NCBI GenBank assembly: GCA_905207515.1
Contig: CAJLLK010000002.1
Coordinates: forward strand, 1-56,592
DNA from: an uncultured Christensenella sp.
GTDB taxonomy: Bacteria > Bacillota > Clostridia > Christensenellales > UBA1242
Direction: 5' to 3'
DNA length: 56,592 bases
Made by a program: the position numbers and the translations under genes. Below are positions 11,301-18,509 of the stretch, piece after piece. The notes beneath the pieces were generated by a model, which was not told where the DNA came from, made no database searches, and saw only the letters and a list, made by a program, of their open reading frames with translations. Position 1 is the first letter of the stretch. Each line of letters begins with the position of its first letter.

Positions 11301-12581
11301 GATTTCATATTGGAAAGTGTAATATCCATCGTTGAGTGGAGTGAACACTGTTGGGTCAATCAAATATCCTTCAGCGTCAACAACATCAGCGCCATATTCG
11401 CTTTGAGTGATAACTTGATAGTTTCTATCCGATTGTGTAGCCTTATAATATACTCTCACACGATAATAAACATCAACTTCTTCGCTTGCTGGGTCAGTGT
11501 TTGTTGAAGTCACACCGATTGCACTTGGAAGTGTGCTTTCAATGCCAGTTTGTCCGTTGTCTGACCATTCTGTTGAAAGTTCCGGTCTTGCAAGAGCATA
11601 ATTTTCGTAATATCCATTTGTTCTGTCAGCTGTGTTTTCAGCATAAACAGTTGTTGTTTTTGTGACAGAAGAAATGAAATTTCCTTCTTCATAATAAGAA
11701 TATCTTATTGTATATTCGCCTGCACCAAAGTTTGGATCTGCAAAAACTGAACCATCAATGTAAAGTCCGTTGTCGCCAGGGCTTATTGTGACAGTTCTTC
11801 CGCTGCTTCCGCTTGTTGCAGAAACAACAATGCATTTGCCACTTTCAGTTTTTGTGGTTCCGTAAGTGATTTTGGTATCATCGATAAGTTCGCCGTCCTC
11901 GTCAGTCACATCAACCCTTGGCAAATCCAAATTTTGATATTTTCCTTCAGTTTTCTCAACCAGATTAAGGTCGATGATGCTTGGGATAAAGATTTCTTCA
12001 TTTTCTCTGAATGCAATTGAAGCAGAAGCAACTTGGCTTTCAACCTTCATTTCATATGTGTTTGAATAAACTTTATCGCTTGAATCAACTGTATATTGAT
12101 AAGAATAAGTGATTGTGTAAGTTCCAAGTCTGTCAGCAACAAAATAACCATAATAATTGCCGTATTCATCGTCGCTTTCAACGTATGCCACAACTTTGTT
12201 TGTCAAATCTTCTCCAGCTGCGTCTGAAGTTGTTTCTTCATATTCATAGCTGCTGTAAGAAACTTTGACTTCCGAAGAAACGATTGTGGCAGTGCCTGAG
12301 TTGTCATCAGTTACGGTATCTTCAGCTTCAAGTCTGCCGACAACGTATTCTTTGTTTCCACCAACAAAGGCGTTTGTGATTTTGTATTCTGCGCCTCTTG
12401 TGACAGTGGTTTCAACTTCTTGAACATTGTTTCCGATTGTCATATATGAATAATCAACATAGTGTTCCATAGAAGCAGCCAGTGCAAGAAATTGACCTAC
12501 TGGGAAAAACACAATTGCCAATGCAAAAGCCACAACCAGCACCATGCTTCTAAGAAAAAGTGATCGATTTTTTGTTTTCAT
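8310..12581 (-). CDS. Large cell-surface protein (1423 aa) of tandem Ig-like modules, tail-anchored
   Basis: ATG preceded by AGGAGATTTCA. Signal peptide MKTKNRSLFLRSMVLVVAFALAIVFFPVGQFLALA/AS. Module boundaries repeat (QDNDKPELRF, NDNNPPVF, IIQPPVI, DNVGPTI, DNIKPTL), as do A-x-D-x-x-GN strands (ARDAAGNES at nt ~10561-10635, IKDAVGNVS at nt 8461-8510). C-terminal TM helix IIGTILIVISVLVLVGVIIYFIV plus tail SKVKLDKELKK. Confidence 0.85.
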   Translation of the reverse strand: MKTKNRSLFLRSMVLVVAFALAIVFFPVGQFLALAASMEHYVDYSYMTIGNNVQEVETTVTRGAEYKITNAFVGGNKEYVVGRLEAEDTVTDDNSGTATIVSSEVKVSYSSYEYEETTSDAAGEDLTNKVVAYVESDDEYGNYYGYFVADRLGTYTITYSYQYTVDSSDKVYSNTYEMKVESQVASASIAFRENEEIFIPSIIDLNLVEKTEGKYQNLDLPRVDVTDEDGELIDDTKITYGTTKTESGKCIVVSATSGSSGRTVTISPGDNGLYIDGSVFADPNFGAGEYTIRYSYYEEGNFISSVTKTTTVYAENTADRTNGYYENYALARPELSTEWSDNGQTGIESTLPSAIGVTSTNTDPASEEVDVYYRVRVYYKATQSDRNYQVITQSEYGADVVDAEGYLIDPTVFTPLNDGYYTFQYEIRDFYKNTATSSIGFYEFTNVEDQQAPTPIIYDASVELDEGEEIKNETYKLASRSVPNSVVVYAIGIDDNVSTAEDAELVRRIMTDDTTVRLTINDYDEWNLVFNYASTTSSAAYENLLANNYLIRKQAGSIGSDAAMLEWLHGHGYLIAVDNKNYASIYEMFGSTLNFGEGVTISSADEMLNWLKNATEEQISGLGLAYFDVDSTFGSTGTDGMGSGQYYIHYIARDAAGNESDVSRPMYIGSFQDNDKPELRFPTTLADSYLPTATITFDAPTASDTYDSNMLVKVMYRYLDSSNNYIEVDDEDGYPKTTENLQEVWTDLGNATANDQLNLRTTYEDFYTQNGAGYIDLTDVDASTYTIDLSEVADSERVAVKLQIITYVYDDKGNINVYGETVNILNTNDNNPPVFNTISNADEGSFKMEYEQGDEIELPTLTVKDDAVEFMDFEVNVYLVNGTTKTKVYSYESRADRDSFAKTYTVYGGKFTAAWAGNYEASIVAKDSKNKTVVAFANYTVTGKTIIQPPVISTSLTSQTIELDGDSNYDPKVGIELPTPSVSYQIANSVTYDKYVANPDDYEDVGYVVMGVNENGRATNYSTSFGQQGSFKPTKTGEYDLYYTVNMTVYNKDMFTYQEMGDYNPVTGEYEDGGFFVFTNSNNSTNMNVTINNDGGFSIVGSDSAKSYTLRQTDGSAELLDSSNIPVDDLNNTTLFNGMSIEDLATWFDELREYVLTSDVYTIIVNDNVGPTIAAYEYPENISTENEDGSNSTITIYAIQGSDASGLNIADSRVVLSWNLANGDSSSQTFNGLNEDRDYTLRTSNGNILDGTYTVTYTVYDNNGNSSTSTYTIAVGDNIKPTLTFPDDFMEDSYTVGSQLRIDTSKITASDVGSGIPAGEQYVVTLTNTSTGEEIEMETDGVIYSVTLDEVGSYRLTIEIKDAVGNVSDADPFDFEVTARSTDPTRTYQIIGTILIVISVLVLVGVIIYFIVSKVKLDKELKK

Positions 12582-12643
12582 TGAAATCTCCTAAAATTTT
12601 AAGTAATCTTTTTGCCAAACCTTAAAGTTTGTTAACAAAGACT

Positions 12644-12672
12644 ATTTTATCTAAAATTCGCCAACAAGTCAA
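12644..12672 (-). promoter_or_regulatory. SigA-type promoter of the 1423-aa gene
   Basis: On the minus strand: TTGACT (12667..12672), 17-nt spacer, TAAAAT (12644..12649), about 60 nt upstream of the RBS. Confidence 0.6.
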
Positions 12673-12810
12673 TTAAAATGACATAATTGTTGCATTTTTA
12701 TCCATAGAAAAGTCAGCAAATTTTATTAATATTTTGCGGGTCGCTTTAATTCTTATGCGAGAATAAAAGCACTTTTATTGTCGAAAAAAATTGATATTTC
12801 TTTTCTATAA

Positions 12811-12841
12811 AATGACAAAAAGCAGGCGGGCAGCCTGCTTT
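12811..12841 (-). terminator. Rho-independent terminator of the rplKA operon
   Basis: Minus strand AGCAGGC-TGCCC-GCCTGCT followed by TTTTGTCATTTT, starting 10 nt after the rplA stop. Confidence 0.75.
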
Positions 12842-12849
12842 CACAACAA

Positions 12850-13533
12850 TTAGATATTGTATGTCACTTTAACGCCAGGGCCCATACTTGCTGCCAATGT
12901 TACGCCTTTGATATATTGTCCTTTTGCAGCAGCTGGTTTTGCTTTTACAATCGCATCCATAATGCTTGCAAAGTTTTCAACCAATTTTTCTTTTCCAAAG
13001 CTCTTCTTGCCGATGATAACGTGAATATTGTTGGTTTTGTCCAATCTATATTCAACTTTTCCGGCTTTGACATCTTTGATTGCTTTGGCAACATCGGTTG
13101 TCACAGTTCCGCTCTTTGGGTTTGGCATCAAGCCTTTTGGTCCCAAAATACGAGCAATTCTTCCAACAATGCCCATCATGTCTGGAGTTGTGATGGCAAC
13201 GTCAAAATCAAGCCATCCACCGTTGATTTTTGCGACAATTTCTTCAGCGCCAACATAATCTGCGCCAGCTTTTGTCGCTTCATCTGCTTTATCGCCACGA
13301 GCAATAACCAAAACTTTAACTTCCTTTCCTGTTCCGTTTGGAAGCACAACAACCCCACGAACTTGTTGGTCAGCGTTTCTTCCGTCAACGCCAAGTTTAA
13401 CGTGAAGTTCGATTGATTCGTCAAATTTTGCTGTCGCCGTTTTCAAAACGTTTTCAACAGCTTGGTCAACATCATATGACGCTGTTTTGTCATAGCTTTC
13501 AAGGCTTTTTACATATCTTTTACCTTTTTTCAT
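12850..13533 (-). CDS. rplA: 50S ribosomal protein L1
   Basis: 227 aa. Matches L1 along its length ([15 protein letters not shown]..., [15 protein letters not shown]). RBS GAGAGGTGAAAA precedes the ATG. Confidence 0.97.
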   Translation of the reverse strand: MKKGKRYVKSLESYDKTASYDVDQAVENVLKTATAKFDESIELHVKLGVDGRNADQQVRGVVVLPNGTGKEVKVLVIARGDKADEATKAGADYVGAEEIVAKINGGWLDFDVAITTPDMMGIVGRIARILGPKGLMPNPKSGTVTTDVAKAIKDVKAGKVEYRLDKTNNIHVIIGKKSFGKEKLVENFASIMDAIVKAKPAAAKGQYIKGVTLAASMGPGVKVTYNI

Positions 13534-13544
13534 TTTTCACCTCT

Positions 13545-13970
13545 CTAGTCCACAACTTCAACGCCCATGCTTCTTGCTGCACCAGCAATCATAGACATTG
13601 CGCTTTCAACTGAAGCAGCATTAAGGTCAGCCATTTTAGTTTCGGCAATTTTTCTTATTTGCTCTTTAGTTATCTTTCCGACTTTTGTTTTGTTTGGTTT
13701 TGCAGAGCCCTTTTCAATTCCGATTGCTTTTTTGATAAGAACTGCTGCTGGTGGAGTTTTCAATTCAAATGTGAAACTTCTATCTTCATAGATAGTGATC
13801 ACAACTGGAATGATAAACCCAGCCTGAGAAGCTGTCTTCTCGTTGAATTCTTTTGTAAAGCCAGCAATGTTGATACCGTGAGGTCCAAGTGAAGAACCTA
13901 CTGGTGGTCCTGGAGTGGCTTTACCTGCTTCGAGTTGCAATTTTACAACTGCTTTTACTTTTTTTGCCAT
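13545..13970 (-). CDS. rplK: 50S ribosomal protein L11
   Basis: 141 aa. [35 protein letters not shown] is a canonical L11 N-terminus. RBS GGAGGAG. Confidence 0.97.
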   Translation of the reverse strand: MAKKVKAVVKLQLEAGKATPGPPVGSSLGPHGINIAGFTKEFNEKTASQAGFIIPVVITIYEDRSFTFELKTPPAAVLIKKAIGIEKGSAKPNKTKVGKITKEQIRKIAETKMADLNAASVESAMSMIAGAARSMGVEVVD

Positions 13971-13984
13971 TTTTCTCCTCCTAA

Positions 13985-14070
13985 TGTGGTAAATTTTGAG
14001 CCTTGGCTTGGCTCTCCCACAAAATTCCCCTTGTTTAAATTTGTTGTTTCTTCAGCCAAGGGCAAACTGA
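13985..14070 (-). promoter_or_regulatory. Possible structured rplK leader (candidate L1 autoregulatory site)
   Basis: The 200-nt nusG-rplK spacer contains, on the minus strand, CCTTGGCT...AGCCAAGG (8 bp). This encloses GUGGGAGAGCC and a local hairpin GAGCC-AAGCCAA-GGCTC. The GGGAG(A)GCC element resembles my memory of the L1-binding region of 23S rRNA; that similarity is recalled, not computed. Confidence 0.3.
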
Positions 14071-14172
14071 AAATCAAAGCAGTTTTTTGTCTTGCTTGGG
14101 ACAATATTTTCATGAAAAAGTGCAAAATTTTGCATTTTTTTCAAAAAAATAACGATTTTTTCAAAATTTTGG

Positions 14173-14712
14173 TCAATTTTGAGCGATTTTGTGAACTTGC
14201 CCAATTTCAAGTTCGACGTTGTTTTCTCTTCCAAACATCTCAACTGTGACAGTCACAACGCCAGCGTCTGGATTGACAGCGACAACTGTGCCCACCATTT
14301 TGTCAAGCGGTCCTTCCACAATTTCAACCTTGTCGCCAACTTCAAGGTCCGTCTCAACTTTGATTTTTTCCAGTCTAAGCTTCATAACTTCTTCGTCTGT
14401 CAAAGCCAAAGGTCGTCCTTTTGGACCAGCAAAGCCAGTGATGCCGCGAGTGTTTGTCACATGATGCCAAAGGTCATCGCCATAGATCATTTTGACCAAA
14501 ATGTAAGTCGGCATGCTTTTGCGAGTGACAAGTTTTTTCTTGCCGTTTTTTTCTTCAATAACATCTTCTTCAGGGATGACAATGTCAAAAATGCGGTCTT
14601 GCAAGTTGTATTTGTTTACAACAACTTCCAAGTTTTCTTTTGCGACATTTTCATACCCCGAAAAAGTGTGAAGCACATACCATTTTGGTTCTTTTGAATA
14701 AAAATATTCCAT
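14173..14712 (-). CDS. nusG: Transcription termination/antitermination factor NusG
   Basis: 179 aa. WYVLHTFSGYENVAKENL forms an NGN domain. C-terminal KOW motif GDKVEIVEGPLDKMVGTV. RBS AGGAG. Confidence 0.95.
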   Translation of the reverse strand: MEYFYSKEPKWYVLHTFSGYENVAKENLEVVVNKYNLQDRIFDIVIPEEDVIEEKNGKKKLVTRKSMPTYILVKMIYGDDLWHHVTNTRGITGFAGPKGRPLALTDEEVMKLRLEKIKVETDLEVGDKVEIVEGPLDKMVGTVVAVNPDAGVVTVTVEMFGRENNVELEIGQVHKIAQN

Positions 14713-14739
14713 AAAAAACTCCTATTTTAGTAAAGTCTA

Positions 14740-15093
14740 TCAAACAAGAAGGCCAACAAGCCAAGCAAGAAGAGTGTTGACGCCGTAAATAAAAAGCCCA
14801 AAAATCAAAACGAAAGCGATAACAATTCCGGTTTTCTTGACAACTTCTCCAAAACTTGGCCAAGTGACTTTTTTAAGTTCCGAAATGGTCTCTTTGGTTT
14901 TTTTGCCAATTCCGCCCTTCCTTTCTTTTTTCTGTTTGTTTTTCTTCTTGTCGTTTTTATCGTTTTTGTTATCTTTGGATTTTTTATCTTGCTTTTTGTC
15001 GTCTTTGGAAACAACGCCTTCAGAAATTTCTTTCTCAGCGTTCAATTCTTGCTCGGTCACATCTTTTTCCAGCTCTTTTTGCTTTTTAGACAT
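14740..15093 (-). CDS. secE: Preprotein translocase subunit SecE with a long K/D/E-rich N-terminal extension
   Basis: The C-terminal 55 aa (ELKKVTWPSFGEVVKKTGIVIAFVLIFGLFIYGVNTLL) form the canonical SecE TM segment. It sits between rpmG and nusG, as expected. RBS GGAGG. Confidence 0.9.
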   Translation of the reverse strand: MSKKQKELEKDVTEQELNAEKEISEGVVSKDDKKQDKKSKDNKNDKNDKKKNKQKKERKGGIGKKTKETISELKKVTWPSFGEVVKKTGIVIAFVLIFGLFIYGVNTLLAWLVGLLV

Positions 15094-15129
15094 ATATCCT
15101 CCAAATTTTAGATAATTTCTTGCTCAAAA

Positions 15130-15291
15130 CTATTTTGTTTCTTTATGTTTTGTTCTTTTATTGCATCGTGGGCAAAATTTGTTGATTTCAATTCTCTCAG
15201 CATTTGCAGAAGTATTCTTTTCAGTAGAATAGTTTCTTTCTTTGCATTCAGTGCATTCAAGAGTGATGATTTTACGTTTTGGTGCTGCCAT
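15130..15291 (-). CDS. rpmG: 50S ribosomal protein L33 (Zn-ribbon, four-Cys form)
   Basis: Too short for the ORF track, so hand-translated from the minus strand: [53 protein letters not shown] (53 aa). RBS AGGAGAG. Confidence 0.93.
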   Translation of the reverse strand: MAAPKRKIITLECTECKERNYSTEKNTSANAERIEINKFCPRCNKRTKHKETK

Positions 15292-15341
15292 TTTTCTCTC
15301 CTAACAAAAAAACTAACACCCTTTACAGAAGTGTCAGTCTA

Positions 15342-15370
15342 AATATATCACATCAAGCTCAAATAGTCAA
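15342..15370 (-). promoter_or_regulatory. SigA-type promoter of rpmG-secE-nusG
   Basis: Minus strand TTGACT (15365..15370), 17-nt spacer, TATATT (15342..15347), with TG at the extended -10 position (gTGaTATATT). Confidence 0.65.
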
Positions 15371-15392
15371 GTGTTTTCGATAAAAAATAATT

Positions 15393-15668
15393 TTATTTCT
15401 CGGCTTCAACAATGGCATCGATATACATCACCGTTTCGTTGGCTTTGCATTTTGGAATCATGTTTTCAATTTTTGAAGGTTTGTTGTATTCCACTTCATA
15501 TTTCACCGCATAAGTGAAATAAACCTTGAGCAAATCTTTGGCATAAAGATATGCTTCTGACATGTTTTTTCCGTCAGTGTAGATGTTTAGGTCTGGGAAA
15601 ATGACCTGATAACTTCCATCTTCGTCTTTGATGAAAATGGCTGGATAGAGAAACTGAAATTTTTTCAT
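15393..15668 (-). CDS. HicB-like antitoxin-fold protein (UPF0150 N-terminal domain only)
   Basis: MKKFQFLYPAIFIKDEDGSYQVIFPDLNIYTDGKNMSEAYLYAKDLLKVYF matches the pattern of the HicB N-terminal domain. There is no C-terminal RHH/HTH domain. I chose the ATG at 15668 (GGAG 10 nt upstream) over the TTG at 15689. Confidence 0.7.
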   Translation of the reverse strand: MKKFQFLYPAIFIKDEDGSYQVIFPDLNIYTDGKNMSEAYLYAKDLLKVYFTYAVKYEVEYNKPSKIENMIPKCKANETVMYIDAIVEAEK

Positions 15669-15737
15669 AAAACAAGCTCCACAAAACAATATATATCAAT
15701 ATATTATCATAAACTTTTGAAAAATCAAAGTAAATTA

Positions 15738-15763
15738 ATAAAAAAACATCGCAAAAGCGATAT
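15738..15763 (-). terminator. Terminator after the 43-codon ORF
   Basis: Minus-strand RNA would fold as AUAUCGC-UUUU-GCGAUGU (7 bp including one G-U pair), followed by U7. Confidence 0.5.
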
Positions 15764-15768
15764 TTTTG

Positions 15769-15900
15769 TTATTTTGAAAGGTCAGTGCCCATTTCTTTGT
15801 CAAAACTCAAGCTGACAGTTTTTGCTGGCAACGATTTAAACTTGCCATCTGGAGTGATAAACTCCATTTTTGTTCCACCAATTTTAAATTCTTTATTCAT
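15769..15900 (-). CDS. Hypothetical 43-aa protein in its own transcription unit
   Basis: Hand-translated: MNKEFKIGGTKMEFITPDGKFKSLPAKTVSLSFDKEMGTDLSK. GGAGG lies 7 nt upstream of the ATG. It has its own promoter and terminator. No family recognised. Confidence 0.5.
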   Translation of the reverse strand: MNKEFKIGGTKMEFITPDGKFKSLPAKTVSLSFDKEMGTDLSK

Positions 15901-15937
15901 CACGCTACCTCCGTGTTTTTGTTATTTTTATGGTCAT

Positions 15938-15966
15938 ATCTTAGCACATTTTTTTTGATTTGTAAA
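15938..15966 (-). promoter_or_regulatory. SigA-type promoter of the 43-codon ORF
   Basis: Minus strand TTTACA (15961..15966), 17-nt spacer, TAAGAT (15938..15943), with an extended -10 TG (gTGcTAAGAT). Confidence 0.55.
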
Positions 15967-16042
15967 TACTTTTTTGAAAATTTCTTAAAATATTTTTTCA
16001 AGGCATTTTTCGGCGCAGAAAAATGATTTTAACTTTTTCTTT

Positions 16043-17821
16043 TTACATCTTTTCCACACTATCGATGCCAAGCGTCCAAAGCGCTTTTTCAAGACACTTT
16101 TTCACAAGCATACAAATTGAAAGCAAGCCAGTTTTTTTCTTCTCATCTTGCTCTGACAAAATTTTGTGATTATTGTAAAGCGTGGAGAATGCACTGGCAA
16201 GTTCAAAAGCTGAAAGGCAAAGTGCATTCATCGAATATGCATCATAACAGATTTGATACGAAGAATTAAGTTTCAAAAGTGCACGCAAAATGTTGCGTTC
16301 TTCTTCGCTTGAAACATCAAACGAAAACTTTTCGAGATTTGTTTTTGAAAGAATGGAGTTTATGCGCGCAATCGTATATTGAATGTATGGTCCAGTCTTT
16401 CCGTCAAACGACATAAACTTGTCAAGGTCAAAAACATAATCTTTGTCGACCGTGTTTGACAAATCTCCAAACTTCATGGCAGCAACGCCGATTTTTCGAG
16501 CAAGTTCGCTGTCACCCACAATGCCATTTGAAGAAAGTTTTTGCTCTGCCTTTTCAATCAAAAGTCCAACCACTTCTTTCAACCTTACAACGCCACCTTC
16601 ACGCGTTTTGAAAGGTTTGCCGTCTTTGCCGTTCATCGTTCCGAAAGCGACATGCGTCAACTTTTGGCTTTCAGGAGAAATGCCAGCAAGTTTGCAACAT
16701 CTGAAAACCTGTTTAAAATGCGTCGACTGTCGATTGTCAGTGACATAGACAATTTCGTCTGGAGAATAATCTTTGTTTCTCATCAAAATTGTGGCAATGT
16801 CAGTGGTGGCATACAGATCAGCACCGTTGCTTTTTCTGATAATCGCTGGCGGCATTGGGTTTTTGTAACGTTGTGGCTCGTCTTCGCTCTTCTTTGGAAT
16901 TGGAATGTGTTCGCCTTCACGAGCGACATCAACAACAAGCGCGCCGTCACTTTCTCTTGCCAACTTTTTGTCGACAAAAATTTGAATGGTTTGGTCTATA
17001 TATGCATAAGCGTCACTTTCGCCATAATAAAAATCAAAGGTCGTGTTGAGCAAATCATAATTCTTCTTGATTTCAACCACCGAAAGCGCTCTGATTTTCT
17101 GATAGATGTCAAAATAAGGTTGTTTTTGTTGTTGAATAGCAAGGGTGATTTCATCGGCCTGTTTTTTGAACTCTTCGTCCACATCTTTTCTTTTGCTTGC
17201 CTTAGGATATTCTTCATTCAAAACATCCAGTGTGACATTTTCAAGCTGCAACTTTGAAAGGTCGGCGTTTGGTGCAAAAAATTTGTCTAAAAAGCCGTCA
17301 AGTTTAAGTTGCAAAATCGTCAGACCCATTTGCAAGCCAAAATCGCCCAAGTGAACATCCGAAAGTGTTTTGTCGCCCATTGCCACGTGGAGACGTTTGA
17401 GTGCTTCTCCAACAATCGGCGAACGCAAATGCCCGACGTGCAATTCTTTTGCCACATTGGCTCCGCCATAATCAAAAAACACCAATCTTGGATTTTCAAC
17501 CTGTTCCACGCCCAAATTTTTGTCGTCAAGCACAGAGCCTGCATAACGATTTAAAATCTTGTCTTTGATTTTTATGTTCACAAAGCCCGGAAAGGCTGCC
17601 GAAAATTCATAGTTATCCGTATTGATGGAAGAAACAATTTCGTTTGCCACATCAATTGGCTTCATCCCCATTTTTTTTGCAATAAGCATGGCATAATTGG
17701 TTTGAAAATCACAAAGTTGTGGAAGATTTGAAAAAGAAACAACAATCTTGTCTCTATCTTCAAGATTGAGTTTTTCTGCTGCGTCAATTAAAAGTTCTGT
17801 AATTTCGTTTTTTATGTTCAT
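16043..17821 (-). CDS. argS: Arginine--tRNA ligase
   Basis: 592 aa. HIGH-type motif ELHVGHLRS, an ArgRS-like anticodon-binding C-terminus, and a terminal Met as in most ArgRS proteins. RBS GGAG. Confidence 0.93.
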   Translation of the reverse strand: MNIKNEITELLIDAAEKLNLEDRDKIVVSFSNLPQLCDFQTNYAMLIAKKMGMKPIDVANEIVSSINTDNYEFSAAFPGFVNIKIKDKILNRYAGSVLDDKNLGVEQVENPRLVFFDYGGANVAKELHVGHLRSPIVGEALKRLHVAMGDKTLSDVHLGDFGLQMGLTILQLKLDGFLDKFFAPNADLSKLQLENVTLDVLNEEYPKASKRKDVDEEFKKQADEITLAIQQQKQPYFDIYQKIRALSVVEIKKNYDLLNTTFDFYYGESDAYAYIDQTIQIFVDKKLARESDGALVVDVAREGEHIPIPKKSEDEPQRYKNPMPPAIIRKSNGADLYATTDIATILMRNKDYSPDEIVYVTDNRQSTHFKQVFRCCKLAGISPESQKLTHVAFGTMNGKDGKPFKTREGGVVRLKEVVGLLIEKAEQKLSSNGIVGDSELARKIGVAAMKFGDLSNTVDKDYVFDLDKFMSFDGKTGPYIQYTIARINSILSKTNLEKFSFDVSSEEERNILRALLKLNSSYQICYDAYSMNALCLSAFELASAFSTLYNNHKILSEQDEKKKTGLLSICMLVKKCLEKALWTLGIDSVEKM

Positions 17822-17884
17822 CTGAAGTCTCCACTTTCGTCTAAGTATAACAAACTAGCCACAAAAAATCAAATTCTTTTTTGT

Positions 17885-17912
17885 CCCAACAAAAAAGTGG
17901 CACATGCCACTT
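17885..17912 (-). terminator. Terminator of the pgk...recR operon
   Basis: Minus strand AAGTGGC-ATGT-GCCACTT followed by TTTTGTTGGG. The hairpin overlaps the recR stop codon. Confidence 0.7.
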
Positions 17913-18504
17913 AAATTTCTTTTCTGTCTGCCAGTGCTTTGCTGAGTGTCACTTCGTCAGCAAATTCGATGTCGCTGCCCATTGAAATGCCTTGCGCCAG
18001 CCTTGTCACTTTGACGCCCAGCGGCTTTAAAATTTTTGCAACATACATCGCCGTTGCATCGCCTTCAACGTCTGGATTTGTAGCCATGATAACTTCTTTG
18101 ACGTTGTCACTTTTCACACGTGAAAGAAGTTCTTTGATGCGAATGTCGTTTGGACCTTTGTTTTCAAGCGGATTTATCGCACCAAACAAAACATGAAAAG
18201 TTCCGTCAAAACTTTTTGATTTTTCAATTGAGATGATGTCTTTTGGCTCTTGAACCACACAGACCAACTGTCTGTTTCGCCTTCTGCAAATTGAGCAAAC
18301 ATCGTCAGAGCTATAATTTCCGCACACCGAACAAAATTTGATTTTGTCTTTGACTTCCACAATCGCTTTAGCAAAGTTTTCCGCTTTCGCTCTGTCGCTT
18401 TCAATCACGAAAAAAGCATAGCGCTGAGCGGTCTTTTTCCCAACGCCTGGCAACATTCTGAAATATTCTATCAATCTTTCAATAGGTTCGTCAAATTCAC
18501 TCAT
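17911..18504 (-). CDS. recR: Recombination protein RecR
   Basis: LPGVGKKTAQR helix-hairpin-helix, a C4 zinc finger (CSVCGNYSSDDVCSIC) and a Toprim domain. I prefer the ATG at 18504 (MSEFDEP). The ORF track's M at 18513 is a GTG that overlaps the ybaB stop. Confidence 0.93.
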   Translation of the reverse strand: MSEFDEPIERLIEYFRMLPGVGKKTAQRYAFFVIESDRAKAENFAKAIVEVKDKIKFCSVCGNYSSDDVCSICRRRNRQLVCVVQEPKDIISIEKSKSFDGTFHVLFGAINPLENKGPNDIRIKELLSRVKSDNVKEVIMATNPDVEGDATAMYVAKILKPLGVKVTRLAQGISMGSDIEFADEVTLSKALADRKEI

Positions 18505-18509
18505 AAAGG

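Noticed and set aside
12916-13416. 166-aa plus-strand ORF (with further ORFs at 13028-13258 and 13176-13424)
   Set aside because: It is antisense or out of frame within rplA, which is unambiguous. It is a typical shadow ORF with Phe/Cys/Asn-rich low-complexity translation.
15145-15342. 65-aa plus-strand ORF
   Set aside because: It is antisense to the hand-translated rpmG (L33), whose sequence is unmistakable.
15960-16042. Hairpin CATTTTTC-TGCGCC-GAAAAATG downstream of argS as a terminator
   Set aside because: It is not followed by a U-tract on the minus strand, so I left it uncalled.
16541-17257. 238-aa plus-strand ORF
   Set aside because: Antisense shadow ORF inside argS.
17822-17910. Possible T-box leader upstream of argS
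   Set aside because: The spacer is only 89 nt and is mostly taken up by the recR terminator. That is too short for a T-box, and I saw no T-box consensus sequence.
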